This document shows positions 17,808 through 27,464 of a DNA stretch of 64,000 bases, one piece after another. The position numbers and the translations under genes are program-made. Numbering within the stretch: position 1 is the first letter of the stretch; every line of letters starts with the position of its first letter. The stretch spans positions 84,277 to 148,276 of the forward strand of contig LCET01000005.1 of assembly GCA_000995185.1 (NCBI GenBank), given 5' to 3'. This DNA is from Candidatus Woesebacteria bacterium GW2011_GWC1_42_9. GTDB taxonomy: Bacteria > Patescibacteriota > Microgenomatia > UBA8517. The notes beneath the pieces were generated by a model. It was not told the DNA's origin and ran no database searches. It saw only the letters and a program-made list of their open reading frames with translations.

Positions 17808-20534
17808 TTAATCTGTGGCCATGCTTGAACTGATACTTGCAAATTGAATAAAGATAAAAGCGAAAACAATTGCCATAACAACTGGTGCAAATTTAGCTAA
17901 ATAATCTTTCTTGCCAGGAACAAATCTCCTGAGGAGTAAGGAATTCCCAACAACCGAAATCGAAGAAAATGCCATCGCCAAACCCGCCAGCTCTGGCTTA
18001 AGAATCAACCCAAACCCTGCAAAGACTCTTGCGGCAACTGGAATGCCAATGACATTGTAGAAAAGCGCGAAAAACATGTTTTGCTTAATCTTTGACATTG
18101 TGGTGCGAGATAAATCTATCGCGCCGACAACATCTCGAAGGTCGTTTTTAATAATTACAATACCACCAGTTTCCATTGCCACATCAGTTCCGCTCCCCAT
18201 GGCTATCCCTAAATCCGCCTGAGCTAAAGCCGGGGCATCATTAATTCCATCTCCTACCATCGCCACTTTTTTCCCTTGTTCTTGCAACTTTCTAACCTCG
18301 TTTGCTTTATCTTCAGGGAGTACTTCAGCTAATACGTTTGTAACGCCAACTTGTGCAGCAATTGCCTGCGCAGTACGCTCATTGTCTCCTGTAATCATAT
18401 ATATTTGAATCCCGAGCTTAGTCAACTTTTCAATTGCTTCTTTTGTCGTGTCTTTAACAATATCAGCTACAGCAATCAACCCTAGTACTTCTTTTTTCGT
18501 GGCAAGTACCATCACTGTTTTCCCTTGGCCCTCAAGGGACTGAATCATATTCATCTGATTAAAAAGCGGTAACCCCAATGTGTCGCTTGCTAGTTTTGGC
18601 TTTCCAAAATAATACGTATTTCCATCCATCTGCCCTTCCACGCCAAATCCAGGGATTGCCTTAAAACCAATCACATCACTAAATGCTACGCCTTTTCCTG
18701 AAGCATATGCGCAAATTGCTTCCGCCAACGGATGCTCTGATTGCTTCTCCAGTGAGGCTGCAATTTCCAAAACAGCGCTGTTGCCAATAATATCCGTTAC
18801 TTCAGGTTTCCCCTTTGTAATCGTCCCCGTTTTATCAAACACAATCACATTAATCTTGTTTGCCTTTTCCAGAGGCTCTCCCCCTTTCACCAAAATCCCA
18901 TGTTCAGCTCCCTTTCCGGTCCCGACCATAATAGCGGTAGGCGTCGCAAGTCCTAAAGCACATGGACAAGCAATCACTATTACAGCTGTAAATGCCATCA
19001 GAGCAAAAGAGAGTGTTGCGCCAAATACAAAATACCAAGCGATAAAGGTCAAGACTGCTGTAACTATTACTGCGGGTACAAAATAAGCGGAAATCCGGTC
19101 CGCAATGGCCTGTATTGGAGCTTTTGATCCCTGGGCATCTTCGACTAGCTTTATTATCTGGGAAAGGGTAGTTTCTAAACCAACTCTTGTTGCAATAAAC
19201 TCAAAACTTCCAGTTTTATTTAATGTACTACCGATCACAATATCTCCTTCATTCTTCTCAACAGGCATGCTCTCTCCTGTTATCATTGATTCGTCGATCG
19301 AAGAAGAACCTTTGATAATTTTTCCATCCACCGGAACCTTTTCTCCGGGACGAACAATAACAACATCACCTTTCATCACATTCTCTAGGGGAATATCAAT
19401 CGTCACTCCATTTCTTATTATTCTTGCCGTTTTGGCTTGGAGCCCCATTAGTTTTCTTATTGACTCAGAAGTCCGGCCTTTAGCCTTTGCTTCCAACCAT
19501 TTTCCCAAAACAACAAAAGTAATTAAAAACGCAGCCGTTTCAAAATAGAGCTCAGGAATTTTGGCCCCCATAAGGCCAATTACGGAATAATTAATCGCGT
19601 AATAAGAAAAAAAATTAACAACACTATAAAAATATGCAACCGAAGTGCCAATCGCAATCAAGCTATCCATGTTGAATGTCCTCATGCGAAAGCCCGACAA
19701 AGCCCCTTTATAAAAACTAGCCCCCACAATAAACTGCACAGGTGTTGCCAAAATAAACGAAATAATTCCTACATAAGGAAGTAAAATCCCACCGAGAGGG
19801 ACACTAGAAAAGAAGTCAAAAAGCATGAAATATACCATCGGCGCACTAAAAGCAAAACTCCATAAAAATTTTCTAGACAAACCCTTAATCTGCGCCAACT
19901 GTTTCTCGGCATCTTCTTTGGTGTTTGTTGGATCTGAAACTACAGCTTTATATCCAGTTTTCTCAACGGCGTTAATTAAATCGCTCTCTTTAATTTTAAC
20001 CTGATCAAAAATCACTGTTGCTTTTTCGGCGGTGAAGTTTACTTTCGCCTCGCTTACTCCCGGAACTTTCTTCAAAGATTTCTCTATAATCCCCGCACAA
20101 GACGTACAGTGCATCCCATACAATAATAATGATGTTTTCTTCTCTCCTTCTTTATTCTCTATACCTCCTTCTTTAAGTTTTATTTCACCGTCAAACTCAA
20201 TTTCTCCCTTCTCGTTTTTTGTTATTTTTCCACTTATTCTTAAAGAGTCTTGCGCTCTAAAGATAATTTCTTGAAGTGGGCTTCTCCCATTACTATGCAA
20301 AACATTACCACTATTACTAACTATTGCTGTATAGCCTGCCTTCTTGATCGCATTTTTTATAACGTCTGTCGACAGACTTTTACTAGCCCGAAGACTACCC
20401 TTTCCTGTCTCGAAATCAACTTCTACATGCTCCACGCCATCAATTTCACCGATCTCATCGCGTATAAGCATCTCGCATGACTGACAATGCATTCCGTTAA
20501 CCTGAAACTTTATTACTCCCGCAGTTTCACTCAT
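17808..20534 (-). CDS. copA: Cu(I)-translocating P1B-type ATPase with two N-terminal HMA domains
   Basis: GMHCQSCE and [11 protein letters not shown] motifs, TM CPC ([12 protein letters not shown]), [13 protein letters not shown], and the YN...MxxSS Cu(I) signature in the last TMs. Confidence 0.9.
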   Translation of the reverse strand: MSETAGVIKFQVNGMHCQSCEMLIRDEIGEIDGVEHVEVDFETGKGSLRASKSLSTDVIKNAIKKAGYTAIVSNSGNVLHSNGRSPLQEIIFRAQDSLRISGKITKNEKGEIEFDGEIKLKEGGIENKEGEKKTSLLLYGMHCTSCAGIIEKSLKKVPGVSEAKVNFTAEKATVIFDQVKIKESDLINAVEKTGYKAVVSDPTNTKEDAEKQLAQIKGLSRKFLWSFAFSAPMVYFMLFDFFSSVPLGGILLPYVGIISFILATPVQFIVGASFYKGALSGFRMRTFNMDSLIAIGTSVAYFYSVVNFFSYYAINYSVIGLMGAKIPELYFETAAFLITFVVLGKWLEAKAKGRTSESIRKLMGLQAKTARIIRNGVTIDIPLENVMKGDVVIVRPGEKVPVDGKIIKGSSSIDESMITGESMPVEKNEGDIVIGSTLNKTGSFEFIATRVGLETTLSQIIKLVEDAQGSKAPIQAIADRISAYFVPAVIVTAVLTFIAWYFVFGATLSFALMAFTAVIVIACPCALGLATPTAIMVGTGKGAEHGILVKGGEPLEKANKINVIVFDKTGTITKGKPEVTDIIGNSAVLEIAASLEKQSEHPLAEAICAYASGKGVAFSDVIGFKAIPGFGVEGQMDGNTYYFGKPKLASDTLGLPLFNQMNMIQSLEGQGKTVMVLATKKEVLGLIAVADIVKDTTKEAIEKLTKLGIQIYMITGDNERTAQAIAAQVGVTNVLAEVLPEDKANEVRKLQEQGKKVAMVGDGINDAPALAQADLGIAMGSGTDVAMETGGIVIIKNDLRDVVGAIDLSRTTMSKIKQNMFFALFYNVIGIPVAARVFAGFGLILKPELAGLAMAFSSISVVGNSLLLRRFVPGKKDYLAKFAPVVMAIVFAFIFIQFASISSSMATD

Positions 20535-20733
20535 TTACAATTTTATACAGGGTACCCGATAATACTTCATCTATGTCTTCGCTTGTGACATCCCACCCAG
20601 CAGTTACACAAACTGCTCCAGTTTTATAATTTACTTCCACAGAATCCACTCCGGGAATAGTGCCAATGCGTTTCTCAATTATTTTTTTACAAGCCGGACA
20701 ATGAGTTCCTTGAATTTTATAAACAAATGATTT
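20527..20733 (-). CDS. copZ: CopZ-like HMA copper chaperone
   Basis: [25 protein letters not shown]... Single HMA fold with a CxxC. Start taken at the internal Met. Confidence 0.8.
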   Translation of the reverse strand, partial: KSFVYKIQGTHCPACKKIIEKRIGTIPGVDSVEVNYKTGAVCVTAGWDVTSEDIDEVLSGTLYKIVNE

Positions 20734-20737
20734 CATA

Positions 20738-22549
20738 TTAGTTAACAGTAATGCTTCCTCGAGAAATTCCCATCGCACAAGTAATGTTATATGTACCGGT
20801 GCTACCTGGTGTAAATTCAAAGACAATCGTCTGCCCCTTAGTAAACACCTCAATTTTCTTGGTGAGACTTGGGATAGTCACACTACCCATACAGCCCTGA
20901 CCGTCATCCTTTGCCTCAATTTCAAACCGTACAGGTTGGTTAACTTTAACCGTGAATTTATTAGGAGAGATATCCCCGAGAGACGTATAAGTAGATTTCA
21001 ACACTTGAATGTTTCCTTGTGTGATGGTTTGACCAGCGGGTTGATTTGAATTCTGTGTGACTGCTGATTTAGCCCCGCATCCGCAGCCACCCCCATTTGC
21101 ACTGCACGACGAAGAAGCACTCAGCACCGTATTAGCAGCTAGAGTCGAAGGTGTAGCCACGTTTGAATTTTCATCGACCACATTAAATGAACCAGTATAC
21201 ATACCCATAGAACACGAGAAACGGATTGTGCCGGCTTGGGCGGGAGTAAATTCAAAGATGTTTTCGCCTAATTCCAGTCCTCTGCGAATACCTAATTGTT
21301 GCGATACGATGCTACTGGCGCATGAATAAATATCTTTTGAAGTAACAATCCATTTAACAGGAATGTCCTTCACAATCGTAAATTTATTTGGTGAATATCC
21401 AGATGAACTTTGTATCATCCGAACTTCTTGAACTCCATTGACAAGTTTGACATTAGGATCCTCTATGGCACTACTCGTAGAGGCGCTAATGGTAAATACT
21501 CCGAGTACTTTGGGGCTGATACCCAATAAATTTAAGCCATTTGAGACATTAAATAAAGCCAGCAAAATCACTACCACGCCAGCAGTTTTGAAAAATAGTC
21601 TTGCCCCCCGGCCCTTGACAACTGAAGTTAGTCCACCGACTCCAAGTAATCCCGGAGCAGTCCCAAGGGCAAAGACACCCATTGTTAAAGAACCTGAAAT
21701 GGGACTCCCGGTACTCATTGCATATAACTGCATTGCTTGTGTAAAGCCACAAGGTAAAAAGAAAGTCATTGCACCCATGACTACTGAATTTTTGTTACTA
21801 TATTCGCCGAAGGATTTCTTCTTAATCCCGAGCTTGCGGGATAAACTCTTAGGAAGAGTAAAAGATGCTTTTTTCAAAATAGGAAAGATGTCGATTAACT
21901 GTCCGCCAAGAAGCAGCATGACCAGCCCAACGGCAACAATCAGCATTCCCAAGACTGAAGTCGAAAGCTGAAATAATGAACCTGCAAAACCAATCAGTCC
22001 CCCAAGGGCAAAAAAGGATACGATACGTCCTAGATTAAAGAATAGATGGGGCTTAAACTTTTCCAAGGAACTGGCATAAGGGTTTTGAGCTGAGAAACGA
22101 GCGGAGGCGCCAAGCACAAGACCGCCAACTAGTGCCATGCATGTCGAAACTCCAGCGGTAAGGCCAACTAAGAAGACAATTGGCAAACTGCTAAAACTAC
22201 CAGAAATTGAGCTACTTAGGTTAAAAATTCCCAATGTCTTGGCAACTAAAAACAAAGCTGTAGCAATAAAAAAAGCAATTCCTAGATCGAGATAATCTCT
22301 ACGGTTACGGGAGAAAAAATGAATTTTCCCATCCTGGCCGATTCCATACCCTGCACTTTCTACCGCTTTTGCAACTGCACCTTCATCTAATTCACATTCA
22401 CAGTCAATGTTTGCGATGCCTGTTCGATGGTTAACAGAAACTTTTTTCACTCCCGGAACTTTCTTTAACTCATCCTCAATTAATATTTCACAAGACCGAC
22501 AGTGCATGCCCTTAATATGAATTTTTTGATTTTTCATGAATCTAAGCAT
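20738..22549 (-). CDS. HMA domain - DsbD_2/CcdA-like thiol membrane domain - two C-terminal cupredoxin-like repeats
   Basis: N-terminal GMHCRSCE. Then ~8 TMs with single Cys in helices (VSTCMALVGG, FFLPCGFTQAM). Then two ~100-aa repeats (Y/ISPNKFT... ending FSCSMGMYTGSFNVV and ITCAMGISRGSITV), separated by a Cys/Gly patch SSSCSANGGGCGCGAKS. Confidence 0.7.
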   Translation of the reverse strand: MLRFMKNQKIHIKGMHCRSCEILIEDELKKVPGVKKVSVNHRTGIANIDCECELDEGAVAKAVESAGYGIGQDGKIHFFSRNRRDYLDLGIAFFIATALFLVAKTLGIFNLSSSISGSFSSLPIVFLVGLTAGVSTCMALVGGLVLGASARFSAQNPYASSLEKFKPHLFFNLGRIVSFFALGGLIGFAGSLFQLSTSVLGMLIVAVGLVMLLLGGQLIDIFPILKKASFTLPKSLSRKLGIKKKSFGEYSNKNSVVMGAMTFFLPCGFTQAMQLYAMSTGSPISGSLTMGVFALGTAPGLLGVGGLTSVVKGRGARLFFKTAGVVVILLALFNVSNGLNLLGISPKVLGVFTISASTSSAIEDPNVKLVNGVQEVRMIQSSSGYSPNKFTIVKDIPVKWIVTSKDIYSCASSIVSQQLGIRRGLELGENIFEFTPAQAGTIRFSCSMGMYTGSFNVVDENSNVATPSTLAANTVLSASSSCSANGGGCGCGAKSAVTQNSNQPAGQTITQGNIQVLKSTYTSLGDISPNKFTVKVNQPVRFEIEAKDDGQGCMGSVTIPSLTKKIEVFTKGQTIVFEFTPGSTGTYNITCAMGISRGSITVN

Positions 22550-22587
22550 ACAAAATCACTCATTAAGATTTTATTAGGATCGCGGGG

Positions 22588-23259
22588 TCAATCTGTCCTT
22601 TCTATCACTCCATCTTTATATTCATAAACAAGCGGGTGGCCCAGAGGAAGATTTACGAAGGAAATTTTATCATCCCCAATGTTTTCTAAAAATTTAATAA
22701 CTGCTCGCAGAGTATTACCATGGCCGACAATGAGATTTGTTTCCCCGCGTTTTAACCGGGGGATGATCACTTTCTCAATATACGGGACAACTCTATCATA
22801 TACATCCTTCAGGCTTTCCCCATGAGGAGGTCTATCGAAAAAACCTCTTCTCCACTTAAGTACCTGCAATTTGCCATATATTTCCGCAACCTTTTTTTTG
22901 TTCATCCCTTGCAACGCCCCATAAGCTCGTTCATTTAGAGCTCTGTCCGTATACACATTAATAATTTTCTTGCTTAAATGAGGATTAGCATCATCAGGAA
23001 TATCGTATTTTTTATCACTTTGATGCTGAAAAACACCTATCTTATTTTGTTTAGACAGGATTACTGCCAAGGTTTCGTGTGCTCGTTTGAGATGAGAAGT
23101 AAAGATGGCATCATAGTCAAAATTTTTACAGTGCTTCGCAACTTTATGTGCTTCTCTAATACCCTTCTCCGACAGAGGTACATCTAGCCAACCGGTAAAT
23201 ATATCCAGCTCGTTAAATCTAGATTGACCATGCCTCACAATCACTAATATCCCTTTCAT
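22588..23259 (-). CDS. gpmA: 2,3-bisphosphoglycerate-dependent phosphoglycerate mutase
   Basis: RHGQSRFN phosphohistidine motif and LIVGHGNTLRAV. Confidence 0.85.
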   Translation of the reverse strand: MKGILVIVRHGQSRFNELDIFTGWLDVPLSEKGIREAHKVAKHCKNFDYDAIFTSHLKRAHETLAVILSKQNKIGVFQHQSDKKYDIPDDANPHLSKKIINVYTDRALNERAYGALQGMNKKKVAEIYGKLQVLKWRRGFFDRPPHGESLKDVYDRVVPYIEKVIIPRLKRGETNLIVGHGNTLRAVIKFLENIGDDKISFVNLPLGHPLVYEYKDGVIERTD

Positions 23260-25367
23260 ACAGAAACTAAGTCTTTTTCGGCTCTATTAAGTAAGATCGC
23301 ATTTGTCGCAACGATAATAGATGAAATACTCATGAGGAGAGCAGAAAACTCCGGCCGAAGCGTGATGCCAAAACTTGGGTACAGAACCCCTGCCGCAACT
23401 GGTATCGCTAGAAGATTGTAGACACTCGCCCACACCAGATTTTCCTTCATCTTTCGTACGGTTGCTTTTGAAAGTTTAATGGCTCTTAAAACGTCTGCCG
23501 GGTCAGACTTCATCAGTACTACTTTGGCAGTCTCAATTGCCACATCAGTTCCCGCACCAATCGCGATCCCGATATCAGCCTGCGCCAATGCCGGAGCATC
23601 ATTAACTCCGTCACCCACCATTGCAGTAAATTTACCCTCCTCTTGAAGTTTTTTGACGTATGAAGCTTTGTCTTCCGGCAGAACCTCAGAAAAAACCCTA
23701 TCAATATTGAGCTCTTTGCCAATGGCTTCAGCAGTTTTTTTATTATCACCAGTAATCATAGCCACCTCCAGCCCCAATGCTTTCATTTTGACGATAGCTT
23801 GCTTGGCATTCTCTTTGACTGGATCTAGCGCAGCCGCAACGCCAGCGATTTTATTATCAACCGCGAGTATCATGATTGTTTTGCCTTCCAAAAGCAGCCT
23901 GTCTATATCATTTTGTAGTGGAGAAATATCAACCTTCGAACTATCCATTAATTTCACAGTTCCGACAAGCACATGCCTGCCGTCGACAACTGCTTCAACA
24001 CCATGACCAGCCAGGTTTTTAAACTTCTCAACATTATTTGAAACAGAGATTTTTCTTCGTTTGGCTTCTTCTAAAACCGCCGAGCTTAAAGGATGAGAAG
24101 ACTTTTTTTCGGCCGCAGAATTAAGTTGAATAATTTGATCTTGAGTAAATCCATTAGCGGCAACTACATCGGTAATTCTAGGCTTACCTTCTGTGAGAGT
24201 TCCTGTCTTGTCCATTACTACTGCTTGTATTTTTGATACTTGCTCAAGAGTCGCAGCATCCTTAATAAGAATATTGTGTTTGGCTCCTAACCCAGTGCCT
24301 ACAGCAACAGCAGTAGGAGTAGCCAACCCTAACGCATCGGGGCAAGCTATGACCACTGTCGAGATGGCGAAGGTAAGCGCAAACAGGAGAGGTTGTCCTA
24401 GAACAAAAAACCAGACGACGAAGGTAAGTAATCCTCCACCAACAGCCACAACCACCAAATATCTGGCAAATCTGTCGGCGATTTTCTGTCCCGGAGCCTT
24501 GGAGTTCTGGGCAGTTTCTACCATTTTAACTATCTGGGCCAGTGCAGATTCTCCAGTAACAAGTGATTCATCAATGGCCGTTTCACCCTCAATGATTTCT
24601 CCATCAACCGGCACTTTATCACCAGGCTTGAGGATGAGTATGTCTCCAAGCTTCACTTCTGATGTAGATACCAAGGTCTCTTTCCCGTCCCTCCAAAGTC
24701 TTGCTTGTGGAGGAACGAGGTCAAACAACGCTTGAAGAGCATCGGTGGTTCCACGTCTTGACTTCATTTCCATCCAATGACCAAACAGGACAAAGGTCGT
24801 TAACATGGCTGCGGCTTCATAGAATGATTCCTGACTACCCAGAAGTGTTAACACCACACTAAATACATAGGCCGTGGTAATACCCACCGCAATCAGAACC
24901 GCCATATTCAGTGTCTTGGCTTGCAGGGCTTTATAGGTTGAGTATAGAAAGATCCAGCCTGAATAAAAATAAACAGGTGTAGCCAACAAAAACATGATCC
25001 AACTCGCGGGAATGGGTTCGGGGAGCCTCAAACCCAAGATGTTTGTTCCCAAAGGTGAATAAACAATAATCGGTAGGGTGAGTATGAGGGCAACAAGAAA
25101 TTTGTTGCGGATATCTTCTTCCATGAGTTTTGCCATCTCGCGCCCCGCCAGGCCCGCATGTTCCATCCCCATGGCCATAGTCATACTCATCTTAAATTTT
25201 TCCCAGAAAGACCAGCCTTCGCCAAGGCTTCGGCCGGCAAGCATTTCTTTATGACCCACTTCTTTTTCAACAGGAACCAAAGCCATGCCGCATTTAGGAC
25301 ACTCCCCAGGATTTTTCTCTTGCACTTCGGGGTGCATCGGACATGTATAATATATTGTTTCTTTCAT
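23256..25367 (-). CDS. P1B-type heavy-metal ATPase with N-terminal CPxH...CPxCG metal-binding domain, Met-rich segment and a CPD (not CPC) TM motif
   Basis: YYTCPMHPEV...PGECPKCGMAL, then MSMTMAMGMEH, IACPDALGLATP, DKTGTLT, GDGVNDAP, YN and MSISS in the last TMs. Confidence 0.85.
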   Translation of the reverse strand: MKETIYYTCPMHPEVQEKNPGECPKCGMALVPVEKEVGHKEMLAGRSLGEGWSFWEKFKMSMTMAMGMEHAGLAGREMAKLMEEDIRNKFLVALILTLPIIVYSPLGTNILGLRLPEPIPASWIMFLLATPVYFYSGWIFLYSTYKALQAKTLNMAVLIAVGITTAYVFSVVLTLLGSQESFYEAAAMLTTFVLFGHWMEMKSRRGTTDALQALFDLVPPQARLWRDGKETLVSTSEVKLGDILILKPGDKVPVDGEIIEGETAIDESLVTGESALAQIVKMVETAQNSKAPGQKIADRFARYLVVVAVGGGLLTFVVWFFVLGQPLLFALTFAISTVVIACPDALGLATPTAVAVGTGLGAKHNILIKDAATLEQVSKIQAVVMDKTGTLTEGKPRITDVVAANGFTQDQIIQLNSAAEKKSSHPLSSAVLEEAKRRKISVSNNVEKFKNLAGHGVEAVVDGRHVLVGTVKLMDSSKVDISPLQNDIDRLLLEGKTIMILAVDNKIAGVAAALDPVKENAKQAIVKMKALGLEVAMITGDNKKTAEAIGKELNIDRVFSEVLPEDKASYVKKLQEEGKFTAMVGDGVNDAPALAQADIGIAIGAGTDVAIETAKVVLMKSDPADVLRAIKLSKATVRKMKENLVWASVYNLLAIPVAAGVLYPSFGITLRPEFSALLMSISSIIVATNAILLNRAEKDLVSV

Positions 25368-25450
25368 ATATTTTATTGTAATACTTTTTTAGTAACCACA
25401 CATACAGTTGAAATTACCGCCGTCAGTTACTACAATGAGTAATAACTTTT

Positions 25451-25861
25451 GTGCTCTACACGCAGAATAAAAATTTACTTATTGCTCTTATAATTGGAGC
25501 AGTTGTTGTTGCCGGATTGAGTTGGAAAGTGCTTTCCAGTTCTAACTCTGGCGCGAGCGCGGCCAGCGAGGCAGTAACATTGACTACTGATCCTAACCCA
25601 TTACGAACTGGGCCGGCGACTCTTATTATTGATGTAAAAGACAAAGCTGGCGGATCAATTAATGATGCAACCGTATCGTTCGATCTCAATATGACCACTA
25701 TGGACATGGGGAGTCAGCGGGGTAACGCTATTTTTCAAGGTAACGGCAGATATATAGCCTCTGGAAGAATAAGTATGCGTGGCCCCTGGAAAGTGACAAT
25801 AAAAGTCACCATGCCGGACGGCGTTGTGGTCAATAAAGATTTTACTGTGAATGTTCCTTAA
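25451..25861 (+). CDS. YtkA/FixH-like exported beta-sandwich protein with Met cluster
   Basis: GTG start, N-terminal TM, ...DLNMTTMDMGSQ...MRGPWKVTIKV pattern typical of YtkA-like proteins that are often linked to copper. Confidence 0.55.
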   Translation: MLYTQNKNLLIALIIGAVVVAGLSWKVLSSSNSGASAASEAVTLTTDPNPLRTGPATLIIDVKDKAGGSINDATVSFDLNMTTMDMGSQRGNAIFQGNGRYIASGRISMRGPWKVTIKVTMPDGVVVNKDFTVNVP

Positions 25862-25910
25862 TGTTTGTGGCCGCCACTTTTCATCATCCAAAGGTGCATT
25901 AACGGGCAAG

Positions 25911-26003
25911 TCAGTAGCGGAAAATAATCACCGCTACAACTGCTAGAGCCATCAATCCTAGGCAAATACCAAACCATTTTAAGAGTGAATCATAATTATC
26001 CAT
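25911..26003 (-). CDS. Candidate 30-aa single-TM peptide (not in ORF track)
   Basis: GGAGGTG SD sits 5 nt before the ATG. Translation is MDNYDSLLKWFGICLGLMALAVVAVIIFRY. It lies 40 nt downstream of the histidine kinase on the same strand. Confidence 0.3.
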   Translation of the reverse strand: MDNYDSLLKWFGICLGLMALAVVAVIIFRY

Positions 26004-26042
26004 ATTCACCTCCATTATAAGAAAAGAAGGATTAGGAAATCA

Positions 26043-27461
26043 TTAGGAGGACATGGTGGATTTCTGAAATAGAGGCAGGATAATGGTTACTGAGGTTCCA
26101 CTTTCGACTTTACTTTTGATTTTGATCTCTCCACGATGAGCTTTAATAATTCCTTGAGAGATAGCGAGCCCTAATCCCGAGCCTAGGGTTTTTGTTGCCT
26201 TGGACCCTCTATAAAAACGCTCAAAGATATGTCCAAGCTCTTTTTTAGGAATACCAATTCCAGTATCTTTAACTTCCAGTCTCGCGTTTCCTTTCTCTTT
26301 CCGAAGCGATATAGTGACAGACCCGCCTCCAGGTGTATATTTGATCGCGTTATCAACAATATTGAGTACTGCGCGCGATATTTTATCTTCAGCACCACCA
26401 ACGACAATCCCTGGATCAATTTCACTTTCCAAAACAATGCGCTTTCGAGATGCTAGTTTGATAACAATTTCTTGAAGTTCAATCAGAGCATTTGAAAGGT
26501 CAAAATAGCCGTCGACCAACTTAGTATTTTCAGCTCCAGTCCAAGCTAAATCAAGGATATTTTTTATTATTGCCGATAGCTGATTGATATCTATAAGTGT
26601 CTCGTCAAGTGCTCTTTTATACTCCCGATTTGTCCTTTTTTTAGACATAGTTACTTCTACCCCCCCCTTAAGCGTCGCTACGGGTGTCTTTAATTCATGC
26701 GCGACATCGCCAATAAATTGTCTTTCGCGAATAAAAGCATCATTTAGATGGTCCAATAAACTGTTAAATGTTTGCGATAACTCCTCAATCTCATCTCCAG
26801 TATTAGGATTTGGGACACGCTCTTTTAGATTCTCTGCACTAATCTTCTTGAGTTGTTTTGACACTTGAGAGATAGGGCTCAATGCCTTACGAGCCAACAA
26901 AAAACCTCCAGCAACGATGATCGCAAGCAACCCAACGTACACTGAAACGAGGGTTAAAGTGAGAGTATTCAAAGATTTTTGGATAACATCCATGGGTTGA
27001 CCCATTAAGACAATCGCTTGCCGCTGATCACTGCGCTCCGCTGGAAAAATCCCGAACCGCAAAGGAGTTGTTCCAATATTTCGATTCACAAATGTTGGTC
27101 TAATTATATTTGCCGATTTTTCAAGCAAGTCGATGATATCAGACTCGTTTATCCCAAGATCATGCGAGCTATAAAGTATATCCCCATACGGATCGCCAAT
27201 AATCAAAAGCATGCCTGGCATTTCACTAAATTGTTGTGCAAATGTTTGACTACTATTGATGAATGACTGATTCATCACTGCATCTTCTTGAGTGATTATT
27301 TCAACTATTTTCTCATTGTGAGCAGTAATTGCCGAGTCGGTATGAGAGAGAAGAGATCGCTGTGTAAGGAGATAAAAGGCAATGAAAACCAATGCCATGG
27401 CGACGGAAAAAACGAGGGTACACCACATTGTTAATCTAAACCTAATGCTTTTAGTGTTCAT
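26043..27461 (-). CDS. Sensor histidine kinase (two TMs, periplasmic sensor, HAMP, HisKA, HATPase_c)
   Basis: H-box VAHELKTPVATL, plus N, G1 and G2 boxes. Confidence 0.9.
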   Translation of the reverse strand: MNTKSIRFRLTMWCTLVFSVAMALVFIAFYLLTQRSLLSHTDSAITAHNEKIVEIITQEDAVMNQSFINSSQTFAQQFSEMPGMLLIIGDPYGDILYSSHDLGINESDIIDLLEKSANIIRPTFVNRNIGTTPLRFGIFPAERSDQRQAIVLMGQPMDVIQKSLNTLTLTLVSVYVGLLAIIVAGGFLLARKALSPISQVSKQLKKISAENLKERVPNPNTGDEIEELSQTFNSLLDHLNDAFIRERQFIGDVAHELKTPVATLKGGVEVTMSKKRTNREYKRALDETLIDINQLSAIIKNILDLAWTGAENTKLVDGYFDLSNALIELQEIVIKLASRKRIVLESEIDPGIVVGGAEDKISRAVLNIVDNAIKYTPGGGSVTISLRKEKGNARLEVKDTGIGIPKKELGHIFERFYRGSKATKTLGSGLGLAISQGIIKAHRGEIKIKSKVESGTSVTIILPLFQKSTMSS

Positions 27462-27464
27462 ACT

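Noticed and set aside
22588-23259. gpmA considered as a misannotated metal-related phosphatase
   Set aside because: It has the full dPGM catalytic signature (RHGQSxxN ... GHGNxLRA), so it is a genuine phosphoglycerate mutase that happens to sit inside the metal operon.
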